Below, one piece after another: positions 27,511-41,090 of a DNA stretch of 64,000 bases. This stretch comes from Eledone cirrhosa (lineage: Eukaryota): contig OZ024743.1 in the NCBI GenBank assembly GCA_964016885.1, forward strand, positions 33,418,001-33,482,000, read 5' to 3'. The position numbers were made by a program, and so were the translations under genes. How positions within the stretch are numbered: position 1 is the stretch's first letter; every line of letters begins with the position of its first letter. The notes beneath the pieces are model-generated. The model made no database searches. It was given only the letters and a program-made list of their open reading frames with translations, and was not told the DNA's origin.

Positions 27511-29351
27511 AGAGGGGGCCATATACTAGAGGGGGCCATATACTAGAGGGGGCCATACCAAAAGATTGGTGCAGTAGCATCATTGTCAACTGCTACAAAG
27601 GTAAAGGCGATGCACTAGATAGAGGAAACTATAGAGGTATAAAGTTGATGGACCAGGTCATGAAAGTAACAGAAAGAGTTATAGCACAGCTGATTAGGGA
27701 CCGGGTGAATATAGACGAGATGCAATTTGGGTTTGTACCAGGGAAAGGCACCACTGATGCGCTCTTCCTTGTGAGGCAATTACAGGAAAAGTACCTAGCT
27801 AAAAGTAAGCCACTCTACTTGGCATTTGTCGACCTTGAGAAAGCCTTTGACAGAGTTCCACGTGCAGTAATCTGGTGGGCTCTTAGAAAACTAGGAGTAG
27901 ATGAATGGCTTGTGAAAGCGGTACAAGCCATGTATAGGGGAGCAGTCAGCAAAGTTAGGATTGGCAATGAGTATAGCGAGGAATTTAGCGTACAGGTTGG
28001 GGTCCACCAGGGCTCTGTTCTTAGCCCTCTCCTGTTCATCATAGTCCTGCAGGCAATAACGGAGGAGTTTAAGACCGGATGCCCATGGGAACTCCTGTAT
28101 GCTGATGACCTCGCACTCATAGCTGAATCTATGGTAGAACTAGAGAATAAATTCCAAACCTGGAAGCAGGGACTAGAGAGAAAGGGCCTCAAAGTCAACA
28201 TGACAAAGACTAAGGTCCTTATAAGTAGACGAGAAAACAGAACCCAGATCCCCTCAGGGAAATGGCCTTGCTCAGTATGTAGGAAAGGTGTAGGTAGGAA
28301 CTCCATTCTTTGCCCCAAATGCAAACAATGGGTACACAAGAGATGTAGCGGGATCTCAGGAAGCTTAATTAAGAATGTAGGATTCACATGCAGCAGCTGT
28401 GCTGAAACAGCAAGCAAACAGCCACAGGAAACAAGTACCACCAATCTCTGGGAGGGCCCTGTAGAAACAGTAGACAGCTTCTGCTACCTAGGTGACCGAA
28501 TTAGCAACGGAGGTGGGTGCTCAGAAAGTACAATAACTAGGGTAAGAACGGGATGGAAGAAGTTTAGGGAACTACTACCACTGCTAGCTGCAAAAGGCTT
28601 CTCCCTCAGAATGAAAGGCAGACTGTATGATGCGTGTATCCGAACAGCGATGTTGCATGGTAGTGAGACCTGGGCGCTGAAGGTGGAAGACTTACGTAGA
28701 TTAGAGAGAAACGAAGCCTGCATGCTCCGATGGATGTGTAACAGTAATATACGTGAACGACAAAGCATAAATGAATTGAGAGAGAGACTGAGCATAAGAG
28801 GAATCAAATGCTGCGTGCAGGAGAGGCGGTTACGCTGGTATGGACATGTGATGCGTATGAAGGATGACAGCTGCATAAAAAGGTGCAGAGCACTAGAAGT
28901 TGATGGAAACCGCGGAGTGGGGAGACCCAAGATGACTTGGGATGAGGTGATAAAAGCCGACCTTACCCAACTACACCTCTCAAAGTCAATGACACACGAC
29001 CGTGACTTCTGGCGTCACGCAGTAATACAGGGTACCCGACCTCCCATGGGTACATGCTGAAGCATATAAACAATATGCCCCCCCCCCCCACCGCAAGGTG
29101 GTCGTGGAGGTGCCACGGCAAAAAAGCACCCAGCCCACACTGTAAAGTGGACGTGTAGGCGCCACGAAAAAGCACCCAGCACTCACTGTAAATGAGGTTG
29201 GTGTTAGGAAGGGCATCCAGCTGTAGAAATCAAGCCAGATCAGTTCCTGTATGAGCAAGGCATGGTCAGCCGACCAGACACTGCCCACAACAGGACAACC
29301 CGTCTAACCCATGCTAGCGTGGAAGAACGGACGTAAAACGGTGATGAAGAT
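27511..29351 (+). mobile_element. RTE-clade LINE, 5'-truncated, with open RT region and complete 3' UTR
   Basis: PKDWCSSIIVNCYKGKGD..NYRGIKL through the RT to the stop at 29060; 3' UTR ending GGACGTAAAACGGTGATG. Confidence 0.95.
27645..29060 (+). CDS. RTE LINE reverse transcriptase (partial ORF2) with C4HC3 PHD-like finger
   Basis: Motifs QFGFVPG, FVDLEKAFDRV, GVHQGSVLSPLLF, LYADD; uninterrupted 471 aa, with the frame open upstream of the listed start. Confidence 0.92.
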   Translation: MMDQVMKVTERVIAQLIRDRVNIDEMQFGFVPGKGTTDALFLVRQLQEKYLAKSKPLYLAFVDLEKAFDRVPRAVIWWALRKLGVDEWLVKAVQAMYRGAVSKVRIGNEYSEEFSVQVGVHQGSVLSPLLFIIVLQAITEEFKTGCPWELLYADDLALIAESMVELENKFQTWKQGLERKGLKVNMTKTKVLISRRENRTQIPSGKWPCSVCRKGVGRNSILCPKCKQWVHKRCSGISGSLIKNVGFTCSSCAETASKQPQETSTTNLWEGPVETVDSFCYLGDRISNGGGCSESTITRVRTGWKKFRELLPLLAAKGFSLRMKGRLYDACIRTAMLHGSETWALKVEDLRRLERNEACMLRWMCNSNIRERQSINELRERLSIRGIKCCVQERRLRWYGHVMRMKDDSCIKRCRALEVDGNRGVGRPKMTWDEVIKADLTQLHLSKSMTHDRDFWRHAVIQGTRPPMGTC

Positions 29352-29406
29352 ATATATGTATATATGTGTATATATATATATATATGTATATTTATATATA
29401 TATATG

Positions 29407-29461
<55 letters not shown>

Positions 29462-29466
29462 GTATA

Positions 29467-29509
<43 letters not shown>

Positions 29510-29526
29510 GTATATACATATATATG

Positions 29527-29593
<67 letters not shown>

Positions 29594-29693
29594 GTATATA
29601 TGTATATATATATGTATATATATATATGTATATATATGTATATATATGTATATATATGTATATGTATATATATGTATATATATATATGTATAT
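29352..29693. repeat. (TA)nTG array
   Basis: Direct inspection. Confidence 0.95.
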
Positions 29694-30110
29694 ATAATAT
29701 AAGATCAAAAGATGGTTAAAGGAGTTCAATATATTTTATTATGCGCATTTCAAAAACAAACATCATCAAACAATAATATTTGTGTTTTCATCAGATAAAA
29801 CAGGAGAACATGATATGAAGGCTAAAAAAACACTTGTTGATAGTGCAGTTTTAAATCAACATATATAAACTGCACTATCAACAAGTGTTTTTTTAGCCTT
29901 CATATCATGTTCTCCTGTTTTATCTGATGAAAACACAAATATTATTGTTTGATGATGTTTGTTTTTGAAATGCGCATAATAAAATATATTGAACTCCTTT
30001 AACCATCTTTTGATCTTATATTATGCATACTCCAGTCCCACAAACTGTAGAGTGCTTCTTATCCGATATCTGCATTGCTTTATTGTACTACAATAAAACT
30101 CACCTCCTAC
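29694..30110. mobile_element. 158-bp-arm palindrome (15-nt spacer) with ~86-nt unpaired tail; Penelope-like pseudo-LTR
   Basis: Arms 29694-29851 and 29867-30024 appear perfectly complementary; a hammerhead motif in each arm. Confidence 0.87.
29918..29984 (+). ncRNA. Minimal type-I hammerhead ribozyme (mirror copy 29734-29800 on -)
   Basis: TTTTAT-CTGATGA-[long G:U-rich stem II]-GAAA-TGCGCA-TA-ATAAAA: perfect core, 6-bp stem I, palindromic stem III. Confidence 0.88.
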
Positions 30111-30257
30111 ATATATGTATATATATGTATATATATATATGTATATATATATATGTATATATATATGTATATGTATATATATATATGTACATGTATATAT
30201 ATATATATGTACATGTATATATATGTATATGTATATGTATATATATATATGTATATG

Positions 30258-30290
<33 letters not shown>

Positions 30291-30388
30291 GTATATGTAT
30301 ATATATATATATGTGTATATGTATATATATATATATGTGTATATATATATATGTGTATATGTATATATATATATATGTGTATATATAT

Positions 30389-30422
<34 letters not shown>

Positions 30423-30683
30423 GTGTATGTATATATATATATATATGTGTATGTATATGTATATGTATGTATATGTATATATATATATATGTATATATAT
30501 GTATATATATATTTGTATATATATGTATATATATGTATATATATATATGTATATATATATATGTATATATATATATGTATATATATATATGTATATATAT
30601 ATATGTATATATATATATGTATATATATATGTATATGTATATATATATATGTATATATATATATGTATATATATATGTATATG

Positions 30684-30714
<31 letters not shown>

Positions 30715-30761
30715 GTATATGTATATATATATTTATATGTGCATGTATATATATATATATG

Positions 30762-30792
<31 letters not shown>

Positions 30793-30836
30793 GTATATGT
30801 ATATATATGTATATGTATATATATATATGTATATGT

Positions 30837-30918
<82 letters not shown>

Positions 30919-30932
30919 GTATATGTATATAT

Positions 30933-31028
<96 letters not shown>

Positions 31029-31052
31029 GTATATATATATGTATATGTATAT

Positions 31053-31116
<64 letters not shown>

Positions 31117-31207
31117 GTATATATATGTATATATATATATATGTATATATATAGATATGTATATGTATATATATGTATATGTATATATATGTATATGTAT
31201 ATATATG

Positions 31208-31278
<71 letters not shown>

Positions 31279-31321
31279 GTATATGTATATATATATATAT
31301 GTATATATATATATGTATATG

Positions 31322-31354
<33 letters not shown>

Positions 31355-31409
31355 GTATATATGTATATGTAAATATATATATATGTGTATATATATGTAT
31401 ATATATATG

Positions 31410-31460
<51 letters not shown>

Positions 31461-31473
31461 GTATATATATATG

Positions 31474-31552
<79 letters not shown>

Positions 31553-31607
31553 GTGTATATATATATGTATATATATATGTATATATATATGTATATATAT
31601 ATGTATG

Positions 31608-31638
<31 letters not shown>

Positions 31639-31643
31639 GTATG

Positions 31644-31710
<67 letters not shown>

Positions 31711-32111
31711 GTATATATATATGTATATATATATGTATGTATATATATATATGTATATATATATGTATATATATATGTGTATATATATATGTATATATAT
31801 ATATATGTATATATATGTATATATATGTATATGTATATATATGTATATATATGTATATATATGTACATGTATATATATGTATATATATGTATATATATGT
31901 ATATATATGTATATATATGTATATATGTATATATATGTATATATATGTATATATATATATATGTATATATATATATGTATATATATATATGTATATATAT
32001 ATATGTATATGTATATGTATATATATGTATATATATATGTATATGTATATGTATATATATGTATATATATATGTATATGTATATGTATATATATGTATAT
32101 GTATATATATG

Positions 32112-32210
<99 letters not shown>

Positions 32211-32218
32211 GTATATAT
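30111..32218. repeat. ~2.1-kb (TA)nTG array
   Basis: Direct inspection. Confidence 0.97.
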
Positions 32219-34740
32219 AACTTTGAATAACTTTGAAAATAACTTCGAAATGTTTTGGCCAGTATTGGCCCAGGCCATGTCTAACTTAATAGCACCACCT
32301 GGCGAAGTCTTTCAATTCAGGATTTGGGCACCATGGCCCATTCGAGAAGAGAATTACTGTTTGCGGAGACATATCCGGGTGTGGGTGGTTTGTCCGGGAT
32401 TACTTGGAGGAATTTGTCCAAAGACTTCTTGAATTTTGTGTGGTCAGTTTCTGTTTTGACGTGTCCTGGTGTGATGTTGAAGAGAGCAGGGCCGATTGAG
32501 GTGAAATAATTGTGCCGTATTGTTGTTATGAGTTGCGAGTTAGATCTTTTAAATGGGACGGATAGCACGGGGCCCAAGCCTTGGGTGTATCTTGAAGGCG
32601 ATGCTAACATCATTTGGGCAGTGATGATGGAACATTTTCCACATCATGCAGATAATACAACGCTCACGGCGACGTTGGAGTGAGTAAAGTTGCAGGTTTT
32701 CTAATCGACCCCAGTAGTCAAGGTCTGACATGCCATCTATCTTTTTCGTGATTGCCCTTTGAGGAGCTTCAAGTTTCATGATACTTTGTTTCGTGTGGGG
32801 AGACCACAGTGGACAACAGTATTCAAGGTGTGGTCGGGCAAAAGTAGAGAAGAGAAGGATAATGGTGCGGGAATCTCTCGACTGGAAGGTTCTGAGGATC
32901 CAGGAACACATTCTGCGGGCCATGTCAACCTTGCTGCTTATATGCGTGGTCCAGCTTATGTTGCTGTCCACGGTTACTCCCAAGTCTCTGATGTTGTTAG
33001 ATGCCACGAGAGTTTCCCCGGAGGGAAGGGAGTACGGGAGTTTCAGAGCATCCTCTTTTCCAAAGTGGATCAGTTCGAATTTGTCTTCGTTCAGTAACAT
33101 GTTGTTCTTTTCTGCCCATTGGGTAACAGCCAGTAGGTCTGACTGAAGGCTTATCCGGTCATCCACGCCATTGATGACCTTTTGGAGCTTGGAATCATCA
33201 GCGAAAATTTTAATGTTGCTGTGTTTGATGATGTCAGTGATGTCATTAATATAGATGATGAAGAGAAGTGGGCCCAACACAGTGCCTTGTGGGACCCCAC
33301 TACTGACTTTGGCTGGGCTTGATTTGACTCCCTCAACTACAACATGTTGGGTTCTGTTTGACAGGAAGCTCTTGATCCACTGCAGCAGCTTTCCAGTGAC
33401 ACCAATATTGGACAGCTTTCTCAGTAGAATGTTATGATCAACCCTGTCAAAGGCCTTGCTGAAATCAAGGTAGATAACATCAGTGTTGGAACCCTCTCCC
33501 AAGGCTCTCAAAATGTCATCAAAGTGATGCAGTAGCTGCGTCAGGCAATCCCTTCCATTACGGAATCCATGCTGGTTGGAGTTCAGCATATTGTTACTCT
33601 CAAGGAAGTGGGTCATTCGCGATCTCACCACTCTCTCAAATACCTTAATGATATGAGAGGTGAGTGAGATTGGACGGTAATTCACGGCAAGGGATTTGTT
33701 TCCCTTTTTGAAAACTGGGACAACAGACTGGGATAGAAGGTTTTCTGGCACATATCCAGCATCCAGTGAGTTCCGCCACAGATTGGCAAGAGGAGATGCA
33801 AGTTGGTGTTGACACGCCTTCAAGACACAAGCAGGGAACCTATCGGGACCTACTGCTGAATTATGCTTGATTTCCTTTATTGCCGCCAAGACATCAGAGG
33901 CGCCAAACGTTATGTCCGATAAGGTGTAATGGGGAGTAACATCGCCGATACAGCCCAGATCGGCCATATCAGGATTGCTGAAAACAGAGCAGTATTGTTT
34001 CTGCAGTATCTCACCCATGGTTTTAGCATTGTCTTGAAGAGTGCCATTTTCATCAATTAGAGGGCCAACAGTAGAGCCAGTGATTTTGTGTTTTTTTGCA
34101 AATGAAAAGAACACTTTGGGATTGAGTTTGATCTTCTCAATGGCCCAGGCCTCTTCAGCTCTTCTCTGATTGTTGATGAGGGACATTATGTTGTTTTGGA
34201 GGTTATGTTTTTTAATCTCTAGTGATGAAATGGCAGTCAAGTTGATGTGTTGCTGCTGACAGTATTTCAGCTTGTTGATTTTTTTGTTCGTTCTCTTAAT
34301 TTTTCTGATGAGCGTTTTTCTATTTCTAGGGATTCTGCTCTTAGATTTGTTTATAGTTCTTAATGGGGTGTGTTTAGCACATATGTTTGTAACAGTGTCC
34401 ACAAATGTCTGCCAGGACTTTTTGATGTTAGTGGGTGTATGAGTGTGCGTGAAGGACCAGTCGACATGTGCAAGATCATGACTGATCGCTTCCCAGTTTG
34501 CATTGTGGAAATCCATAGCGTCAAACGGATGGACAGGAGAGATGACATTGGGTTTGTATATTGGACGGTGGAATCTCAGATCACAGAGAACCATGTCATG
34601 ATCAGAGAGTAGAGTTTTCTCCACTGCAATATTGTGGATATTGTCAGTGTGATTGCTGAAAATTAAGTCTAGGACGTTTTTGTGGCACCTCGTTGGTTCG
34701 AGCACCAGTTGGGATAGGAAGAAATCATCCATGAAGTCAT
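32219..34740 (-). mobile_element. CR1-group LINE, 5'-truncated within the endonuclease domain
   Basis: ORF2 with APE end (PTR..NVLDLIF) and RT; short 3' UTR ending in tandem TTCAAAGTTA-like repeats. Confidence 0.9.
32549..34732 (-). CDS. CR1-like ORF2 reverse transcriptase (partial; frameshift before the C-terminus, which continues in 32317-32613)
   Basis: [53 protein letters not shown]. Confidence 0.9.
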   Translation of the reverse strand: MDDFFLSQLVLEPTRCHKNVLDLIFSNHTDNIHNIAVEKTLLSDHDMVLCDLRFHRPIYKPNVISPVHPFDAMDFHNANWEAISHDLAHVDWSFTHTHTPTNIKKSWQTFVDTVTNICAKHTPLRTINKSKSRIPRNRKTLIRKIKRTNKKINKLKYCQQQHINLTAISSLEIKKHNLQNNIMSLINNQRRAEEAWAIEKIKLNPKVFFSFAKKHKITGSTVGPLIDENGTLQDNAKTMGEILQKQYCSVFSNPDMADLGCIGDVTPHYTLSDITFGASDVLAAIKEIKHNSAVGPDRFPACVLKACQHQLASPLANLWRNSLDAGYVPENLLSQSVVPVFKKGNKSLAVNYRPISLTSHIIKVFERVVRSRMTHFLESNNMLNSNQHGFRNGRDCLTQLLHHFDDILRALGEGSNTDVIYLDFSKAFDRVDHNILLRKLSNIGVTGKLLQWIKSFLSNRTQHVVVEGVKSSPAKVSSGVPQGTVLGPLLFIIYINDITDIIKHSNIKIFADDSKLQKVINGVDDRISLQSDLLAVTQWAEKNNMLLNEDKFELIHFGKEDALKLPYSLPSGETLVASNNIRDLGVTVDSNISWTTHISSKVDMARRMCSWILRTFQSRDSRTIILLFSTFARPHLEYCCPLWSPHTKQSIMKLEAPQRAITKKIDGMSDLDYWGRLENLQLYSLQRRRERCIICMMWKMFHHHCPNDVSIAFKIHPRLGPRAIRPI

Positions 34741-34933
34741 ATATGTATATATATATATATGTATATATATATGTATATATATATATATGTATATATATAT
34801 ATGTATATATATATGTATATATATATGTATATATATATGTATATATATATGTATATATATATGTATATATATATATATGTATATATATATGTATATATAT
34901 ATATGTATATATATATATATGTATATATATATG

Positions 34934-35016
<83 letters not shown>

Positions 35017-35123
35017 GTATATATATGTATATGTATATATATGTATATGTATATATATGTATATGTATATATATGTATATGTATATATATGTATATGTAT
35101 ATATATATATGTATATATATATG

Positions 35124-35175
<52 letters not shown>

Positions 35176-35247
35176 CATATATATATGTATATATATATAT
35201 ATGTATATATATATATGTATATATGTATATATATATATGTATATATG

Positions 35248-35282
<35 letters not shown>

Positions 35283-35313
35283 GTATATATATATATTTAT
35301 GTATATGTATGAA

Positions 35314-35350
<37 letters not shown>

Positions 35351-35552
35351 GTAACGAAGGAAATGTGGTAAGGAACCAGGTGGACCATAAATGTGGTAAG
35401 GAACCAGGTGGACCATAACGCACCAAAGTACTCAATACTTGGGGTAGTCGAGTGGGTAATAGGAACCAGTAAGACCCCGACGGCTGAGCTCAAGCTGTCC
35501 AGAATTAGCCGTCGAAACGGCTTGAGCTAGCCGTCGGGGTCTTACTGGTTCC

Positions 35553-35586
<34 letters not shown>

Positions 35587-35603
35587 AATTTTGAGTATAT
35601 ATG

Positions 35604-35640
<37 letters not shown>

Positions 35641-35649
35641 GTATATATG

Positions 35650-35687
<38 letters not shown>

Positions 35688-35720
35688 CATATATGTATAT
35701 ATATATATAAATTTTGAGTA

Positions 35721-35768
<48 letters not shown>

Positions 35769-35886
35769 TATATATATAAATTTTGAGTATATATGTATAT
35801 ATATGTATATATATATATAAATTTTGAGTATATATGTATATATATATATATGTATATATATGTATATATATATATATAAATTTTGA

Positions 35887-35924
<38 letters not shown>

Positions 35925-36017
35925 TTTGAGTATATATGTATATATATGTATATATATATATAAATTTTGAGTATATATGTATATATATATATGTATATAT
36001 ATATACATATATACTCA
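34741..36017. repeat. (TA)nTG arrays containing the hairpin element and AAATTTTGAG sub-repeats
   Basis: Direct inspection. Confidence 0.93.
35352..35555 (+). mobile_element. (TA)n-embedded short element with terminal hairpin, copy 2 (most complete)
   Basis: Perfect 27-bp arms at 35459-35485 and 35529-35555 plus a 12-bp inner stem; internal ~29-bp tandem duplication near the 5' end. Confidence 0.8.
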
Positions 36018-37220
36018 AAATTCCAAACTTGGAAGCAGGGACTAGAAAGGGTTTCAAAGTCAACATGACCAAGACTAAGGTCCCTGTAAGTAGACGAGAA
36101 AACAGAACCCAGATCCCCTCTGGGAAATGGCCTTGCTCAGTATGTAGGAAAGGTGTATGTAGGAACTCCATTCTCTGCCCCAAATGCAAACAATGGGTAC
36201 ACAAGAGATGTAGCGGGATCTCAGGAAGCTTAATTAAGAATGTAGGCTTCACATGCAGCAGCTGTGCTGAGACAGCAAGCAGCAAACAGCCACAGGAAAC
36301 AAGTACCACCAATCTCTGGGAGGGCTCTGTAGAAACAGTAGACAGCTTCTGCTACCTAGGTGACCGAATTAGCAGCGGAGGTGGGTGTTCAGAAAGTACA
36401 ATAACTAGGGTAAGAACGGGATGGAAGAAGTTTAGGGAACTACTACCACTGCTAGCTGCAAAAGGCTTCTCCCTCAGAATGAAAGGCAGACTGTATGATG
36501 CGTGTATCCGAACAGCAATGTTGCATGGTAGTGAGACCTGGGCGCTGAAGGTGGAAGACTTACGTAGATTAGAGAGAAACGAAGCCTGCATGCTCCGATG
36601 GATGTGTAACAGTAGTATACGTGAACGACAAAGCATAAATGAATTGAGAGAGAGACTGAGTATAGAAGAATCAAATGCTGTGTGCAGGAGAGGCGGTTGC
36701 GCTGGTATGGACATGTGATGCGTATGAAGGATGACAGCTGCATAAAAAGGTGCAGAGCACTAGAAGTTGATGGAAACCGCGGAGTGGGGAGAGCCAAGAT
36801 GACCTGGGATGAGGTGATAAAAGCTGACCTTACCCAATTACACCTCTCAAAGGCAATGACACACGACCGTGACTTCTGGCGTCACACAGTAATACAGAGT
36901 ACCCGACCTCCCATGGGTACAAGCTGAAGCATATAGACAATATGCCCCCACATCCCCCACCGCAAGGTGGTCGTGAAGGTTCCACGGCAAAAAAGCACCT
37001 AGCCCACACTGTAAAGTGGACGTGTAGGCGCCACGAAAAAGCACCCAGCACTCACTGTAAATGAGTTTGGTGTTAGGAAGGGCATCCAGCTGTAGAAATC
37101 AAGCCAAATCAGTTCCTGTATGAGCAAGGCATGGTCAGCCGACCAGACACTGCCCAAAACAGGACAACCCGTCTAACCCATGCTAGCGTGGAAGAACGGA
37201 CGTAAAACGGTGATGATGAT
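36018..37220 (+). mobile_element. RTE LINE, 5'-truncated, close relative of the 27511 copy
   Basis: Near-identical to ~28148-29351, with small indels causing frameshifts. Confidence 0.93.
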
Positions 37221-37594
37221 ATCCATCCATACATGCATGCATTTGTGCGTGCATTGGTTACACAAGGTTACACAGCCCAGGGAGAAGTTAACATGATGAA
37301 TATTATTAAATGTTGCAGCATCGTGTAGTTTTGCATACAAGAAATTCATTTTGATAATATAATTCAAGCAAAATTTATTGAAGTTCTGAAGTTGCATAGT
37401 TAATATCACTATTTTCCCATGGATTTTGATTTTCATTTTGAAATACTTCATTGCTGTTATTCAAAACAATATACATTTTCTTGTTAGACCTTCTTAGCTG
37501 TATTCCCATTTCAGCACTTATTCTCACCATCCACTATGTATTTCTTTTCTTAAAATAACAAACATTCTGAAACTGCCCTTGCTTCTACTATACA

Positions 37595-37775
37595 AAGCAT
37601 TTAAACTGGCTGTATCCGGCCAGAATTCTCTCACCTCTTTCTGTTCAAACCAGCAGCTCATACTTATGTTAAGGTGTTATTCTCAAAATAAATAATAACA
37701 AAATCTCATAGATTCGATGTTAATTGAGATAATTATGTGAGGTAAAGCTTTTTCTGTGAAAATATAGAGCAATGT
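37595..37775 (-). mobile_element. piggyBac-like MITE, degenerate copy
   Basis: Internal homology (CCGGCCAGAATTCTCTCACC, AATCTCATAGATTCG) to the other copies. Confidence 0.65.
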
Positions 37776-37777
37776 TA

Positions 37778-37920
37778 ACATCATCATCATCATTTTACAT
37801 CCGCTTTTCCCTGCTTGCATGGGTGGTACGGGTCCCATTCAGCACAGCATCTCTCCACTTGTCACGGTCCTTCGTCATCTCCACCCTGAGCTTCAGCAAT
37901 CTGAGGTCAGCTCTCACCAC
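37778..37920 (-). mobile_element. RTE 3' fragment
   Basis: Close match to 4741-4880. Confidence 0.8.
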
Positions 37921-38019
37921 ATGTTTATCTAAAAAAAAAAAAAAATCAATTTTATGTAAGAACTTTTGTTAAATTATGTTCCAAGCACCAACTTAATATT
38001 TAGAAGGTTAGTTATTTAG

Positions 38020-38240
38020 GGGTTTGTGAGTATCCCCACTCCTGCTTGTGTAGTCATTTCTCGCACCACACCTGAATCGTGGAGTTTCCATTTTCCATCC
38101 AAATATACAGTATCTGAGTCACGGAACTTTGTTGAGGAAACCCCAACTATATCTAGCCAGTAGCATCTAGCCTCCTCCACAGGTTCCTATTCCCTATCTG
38201 TAAGAGTTGTGGTGTTCCAGGTTCCACCTGTCAAGGCTTG
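38020..38240 (-). pseudogene. RTE/Expander-type endonuclease N-terminal fragment
   Basis: Minus strand GTWNTTTLTDRE*EPVEEARCYWLDIVGVSSTK...SGV...AGVGILT. Confidence 0.7.
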
Positions 38241-38444
38241 CTCCCTTCTGGACCTTCTTTGGGGTCTCCGGATATGCAACCTTTCCTCCATACCTCCCAT
38301 CTAAATTCTTGACTATTTATAAAATGAACTAAAAATGAAAGAGTTAACTCACATGCAATGATTTTTCATCCATGGAGTTATTTTTCATCTATTGAATTAT
38401 GTTCCCTACAACATGCTCTTATTTTATTTTGTCATTGTTAACTA

Positions 38445-38590
38445 CCTGTCTATCTATCTATCTAGGGCGGATAACATTCCCGAGATCCACGGACGAGTTC
38501 TCTTCAGCGGTCTCATTATTGCTGCCATGTCCTGCGTCTCCAAGAGACCAGTGTCTGTCCTTAGGACATCAACATATGTTAGCTACCTGT
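38445..38590 (-). mobile_element. RTE-like LINE 3' end with (ATAG)n tail
   Basis: Minus strand TYVDVLRTDTGLLETQDM, then (ATAG)n. Confidence 0.5.
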
Positions 38591-39946
38591 ATAGCTTCAA
38601 AAATCAAGATCAAACGCATGCATGTATCTGTGTATATCATGACTCGTACACTGCTCACTTTCCTGACATTCGTATATTATTCTATGTACTATACATGCAC
38701 CTTTGATGAGATGTGGTGCATCCGAACACTGCACAATAATTTTCATTATTCTTATGAAATTATTTACTTTCAAATATGGCTAAAAGTTGCTAAAAATAAA
38801 AAAATATTTACATTAATATTGGTAAAGCCTGATAGTGTGTGGTATCAAAGTATTCTAGGTAATCTTTAAGTGAAATATGTCTTGAACTAGCCCTGTGGAT
38901 TAAACATTTCTCCATAGCTATGTTATATCCATTTATATCAGTAGGATCCTCTTTTTTCTCTTTCACTCAATAAACTCTTGCATCCAAGTAGATCTTTAAT
39001 CTCTCTTCTCTTAGGTAAATTACCAAAATTTCCATTTGCCTGTATATCTAAAATTATATGTGCTGTCCATTGCTATGATCTGTTTCTCTTGACAATATCT
39101 GCCTCTTCTATCAATATTGATAAGATTTAATGATTCAAACATCAAATGTTATATATTTCAACAGAGAAATACTGCACCATATTCCACTTATGTATTGCAT
39201 TTCATTGTTTAACGAATTTAATATATTTGGTGTGGGTCAGAGATAATTACTCTGAGGTTTCAAGGAGGAAATGCTGGACATCAACAAAAGCTTGCTGCAG
39301 AAAAGTAATATGAAGTAGACTGATAACAACTGGTTGCTTTGGCTGTGTGTCAGAGAGAATTAGATAAGATGATTAGGGAATTATAGTTTTAAGAGAAGCA
39401 ACGACAGTAGTGATGACAAGAAAAATGTAAGAAAAATCTGCCAAAGACCTTTTTACCCTTTACTAGTAATAAGAGGCATAATTTATTGAATTACCTTTCT
39501 ATACGATAGCAAAACCCAATGGTATATATGTATTGCAAAATTTCATTTTACATCTATTTCAATGTTTTAGAAAGATTTTATATATTTATTTTAGCAGAAA
39601 ACATGCCTTCAAGCTAATGGTAATTTTCTAAAATTAGTGAATGGAATCTTACATTCTTGGCCAAATCCTAGGAGAAATAATGTTTAACAAATGTAGATGC
39701 TCAGAAATACTTTATTTCTAACATTTGTTTTTTTAGCTGAGTGGATATTGTGATTGCCCCCTTTTAAGGGACCTCATGATAAATGACTTCAGTAACAGAG
39801 CTTCACTCATTAACAGAACGTTTTTTAAAACATCAAATCCATCAAATTTATTAAATGATCATTAGATAAATCAAGCAGAATCTCATCACCATCTTGGGAA
39901 TAGATTTGCTTTTACTACCTTCATCTAACATCTAAGCATCTCAAGT

Positions 39947-40034
<88 letters not shown>

Positions 40035-40934
40035 CTCTTTTTGAATTAGAAGAAATTTTTGCATATAAAAATAAACCAATAGTTTTCATTAAAAACATTC
40101 TTAATCGAAGCAAGTGGCTTTCCACTTCATAGCTTTTTTAATAAAAACCTCCCAATATCACTTTCGTCATTCAACTGTGTATTTAGTATTGATGAATGTT
40201 AATCTTTAAAGTGAATAGTTTTCCTTGAAGGGTATTATATTCAATGGCTTTTAGAGATTTTTCTCTTTTAAAGAAAATACTTTCCAAGGGTGTTTTGGTA
40301 ACTGAGTTTGTTTATTGCTGATAGAAAACGTTGATGAAGAGAATTATATTCCATCTGAAGTTTATGCAGCTGCGTGAGTCGTATTGAATAGTTTGTTTTT
40401 ATACTCAGATTGTGCTTTTATCCTTGATTTTATTTCCTGTTTAGTAAGAAAATCACTTAAAATTTATAATCAATGAATTTATGCTTATTTCTGTAAGATA
40501 ATTGTTATTTATTCAGCAAGTAAGTACATTTCTAAAATTCTTTATTCAAACAACAGTGTTTTTATTTTACTGTCTAAAAGTTGCGGAGAAATTGCTTTAG
40601 ACATGGATATCGTTTTTATAACATGTTTATTAAGATAAACAAAAGCCTGGAAATAGTTTTTTCGTGTGGATTTACGCCCAATATTCTCTTAACTGCTACT
40701 GGCTACCTAGGGTATGAACTCTAAAATTATTTCATCCTAAACTGCTTATTAAAAATATAGTTTTGCCAAATATTTCTTTTATATATCCGTGTACTAAAGT
40801 TTTAAATCAATTTTGAAGGTAATTTACACTTCAGAAGCATTTACCTAAATGATCTTTCCTTACTGTAGCCATGTCTCTCTCTCTATGAAAGAGAGAGACA
40901 TATTTTGGATACAGTGAGAAAGAATTACGTTGCT

Positions 40935-41090
40935 TAACGTTCTGATTTCAAATCCCGCCGAGGTTAGCTTTGTCTTTCATCTTTACGGTGTCGATAAAAT
41001 AAAGTATCAGTCACGCACTGGGGTCGAATTAATTGACTTTCCGCTCCCCAAATTGCTGGCCTTGTGCCTATAGTAGAAATTATTATTATT
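40935..41090 (+). mobile_element. SINE family 1
   Basis: TTCAAATCCCGCCGAGG core and (ATT)n tail. Confidence 0.8.

Noticed and set aside
35580-36000. CRISPR-like repeat and spacer pattern
   Set aside because: The spacers are pure TA microsatellite, the context is eukaryotic and there are no cas genes.
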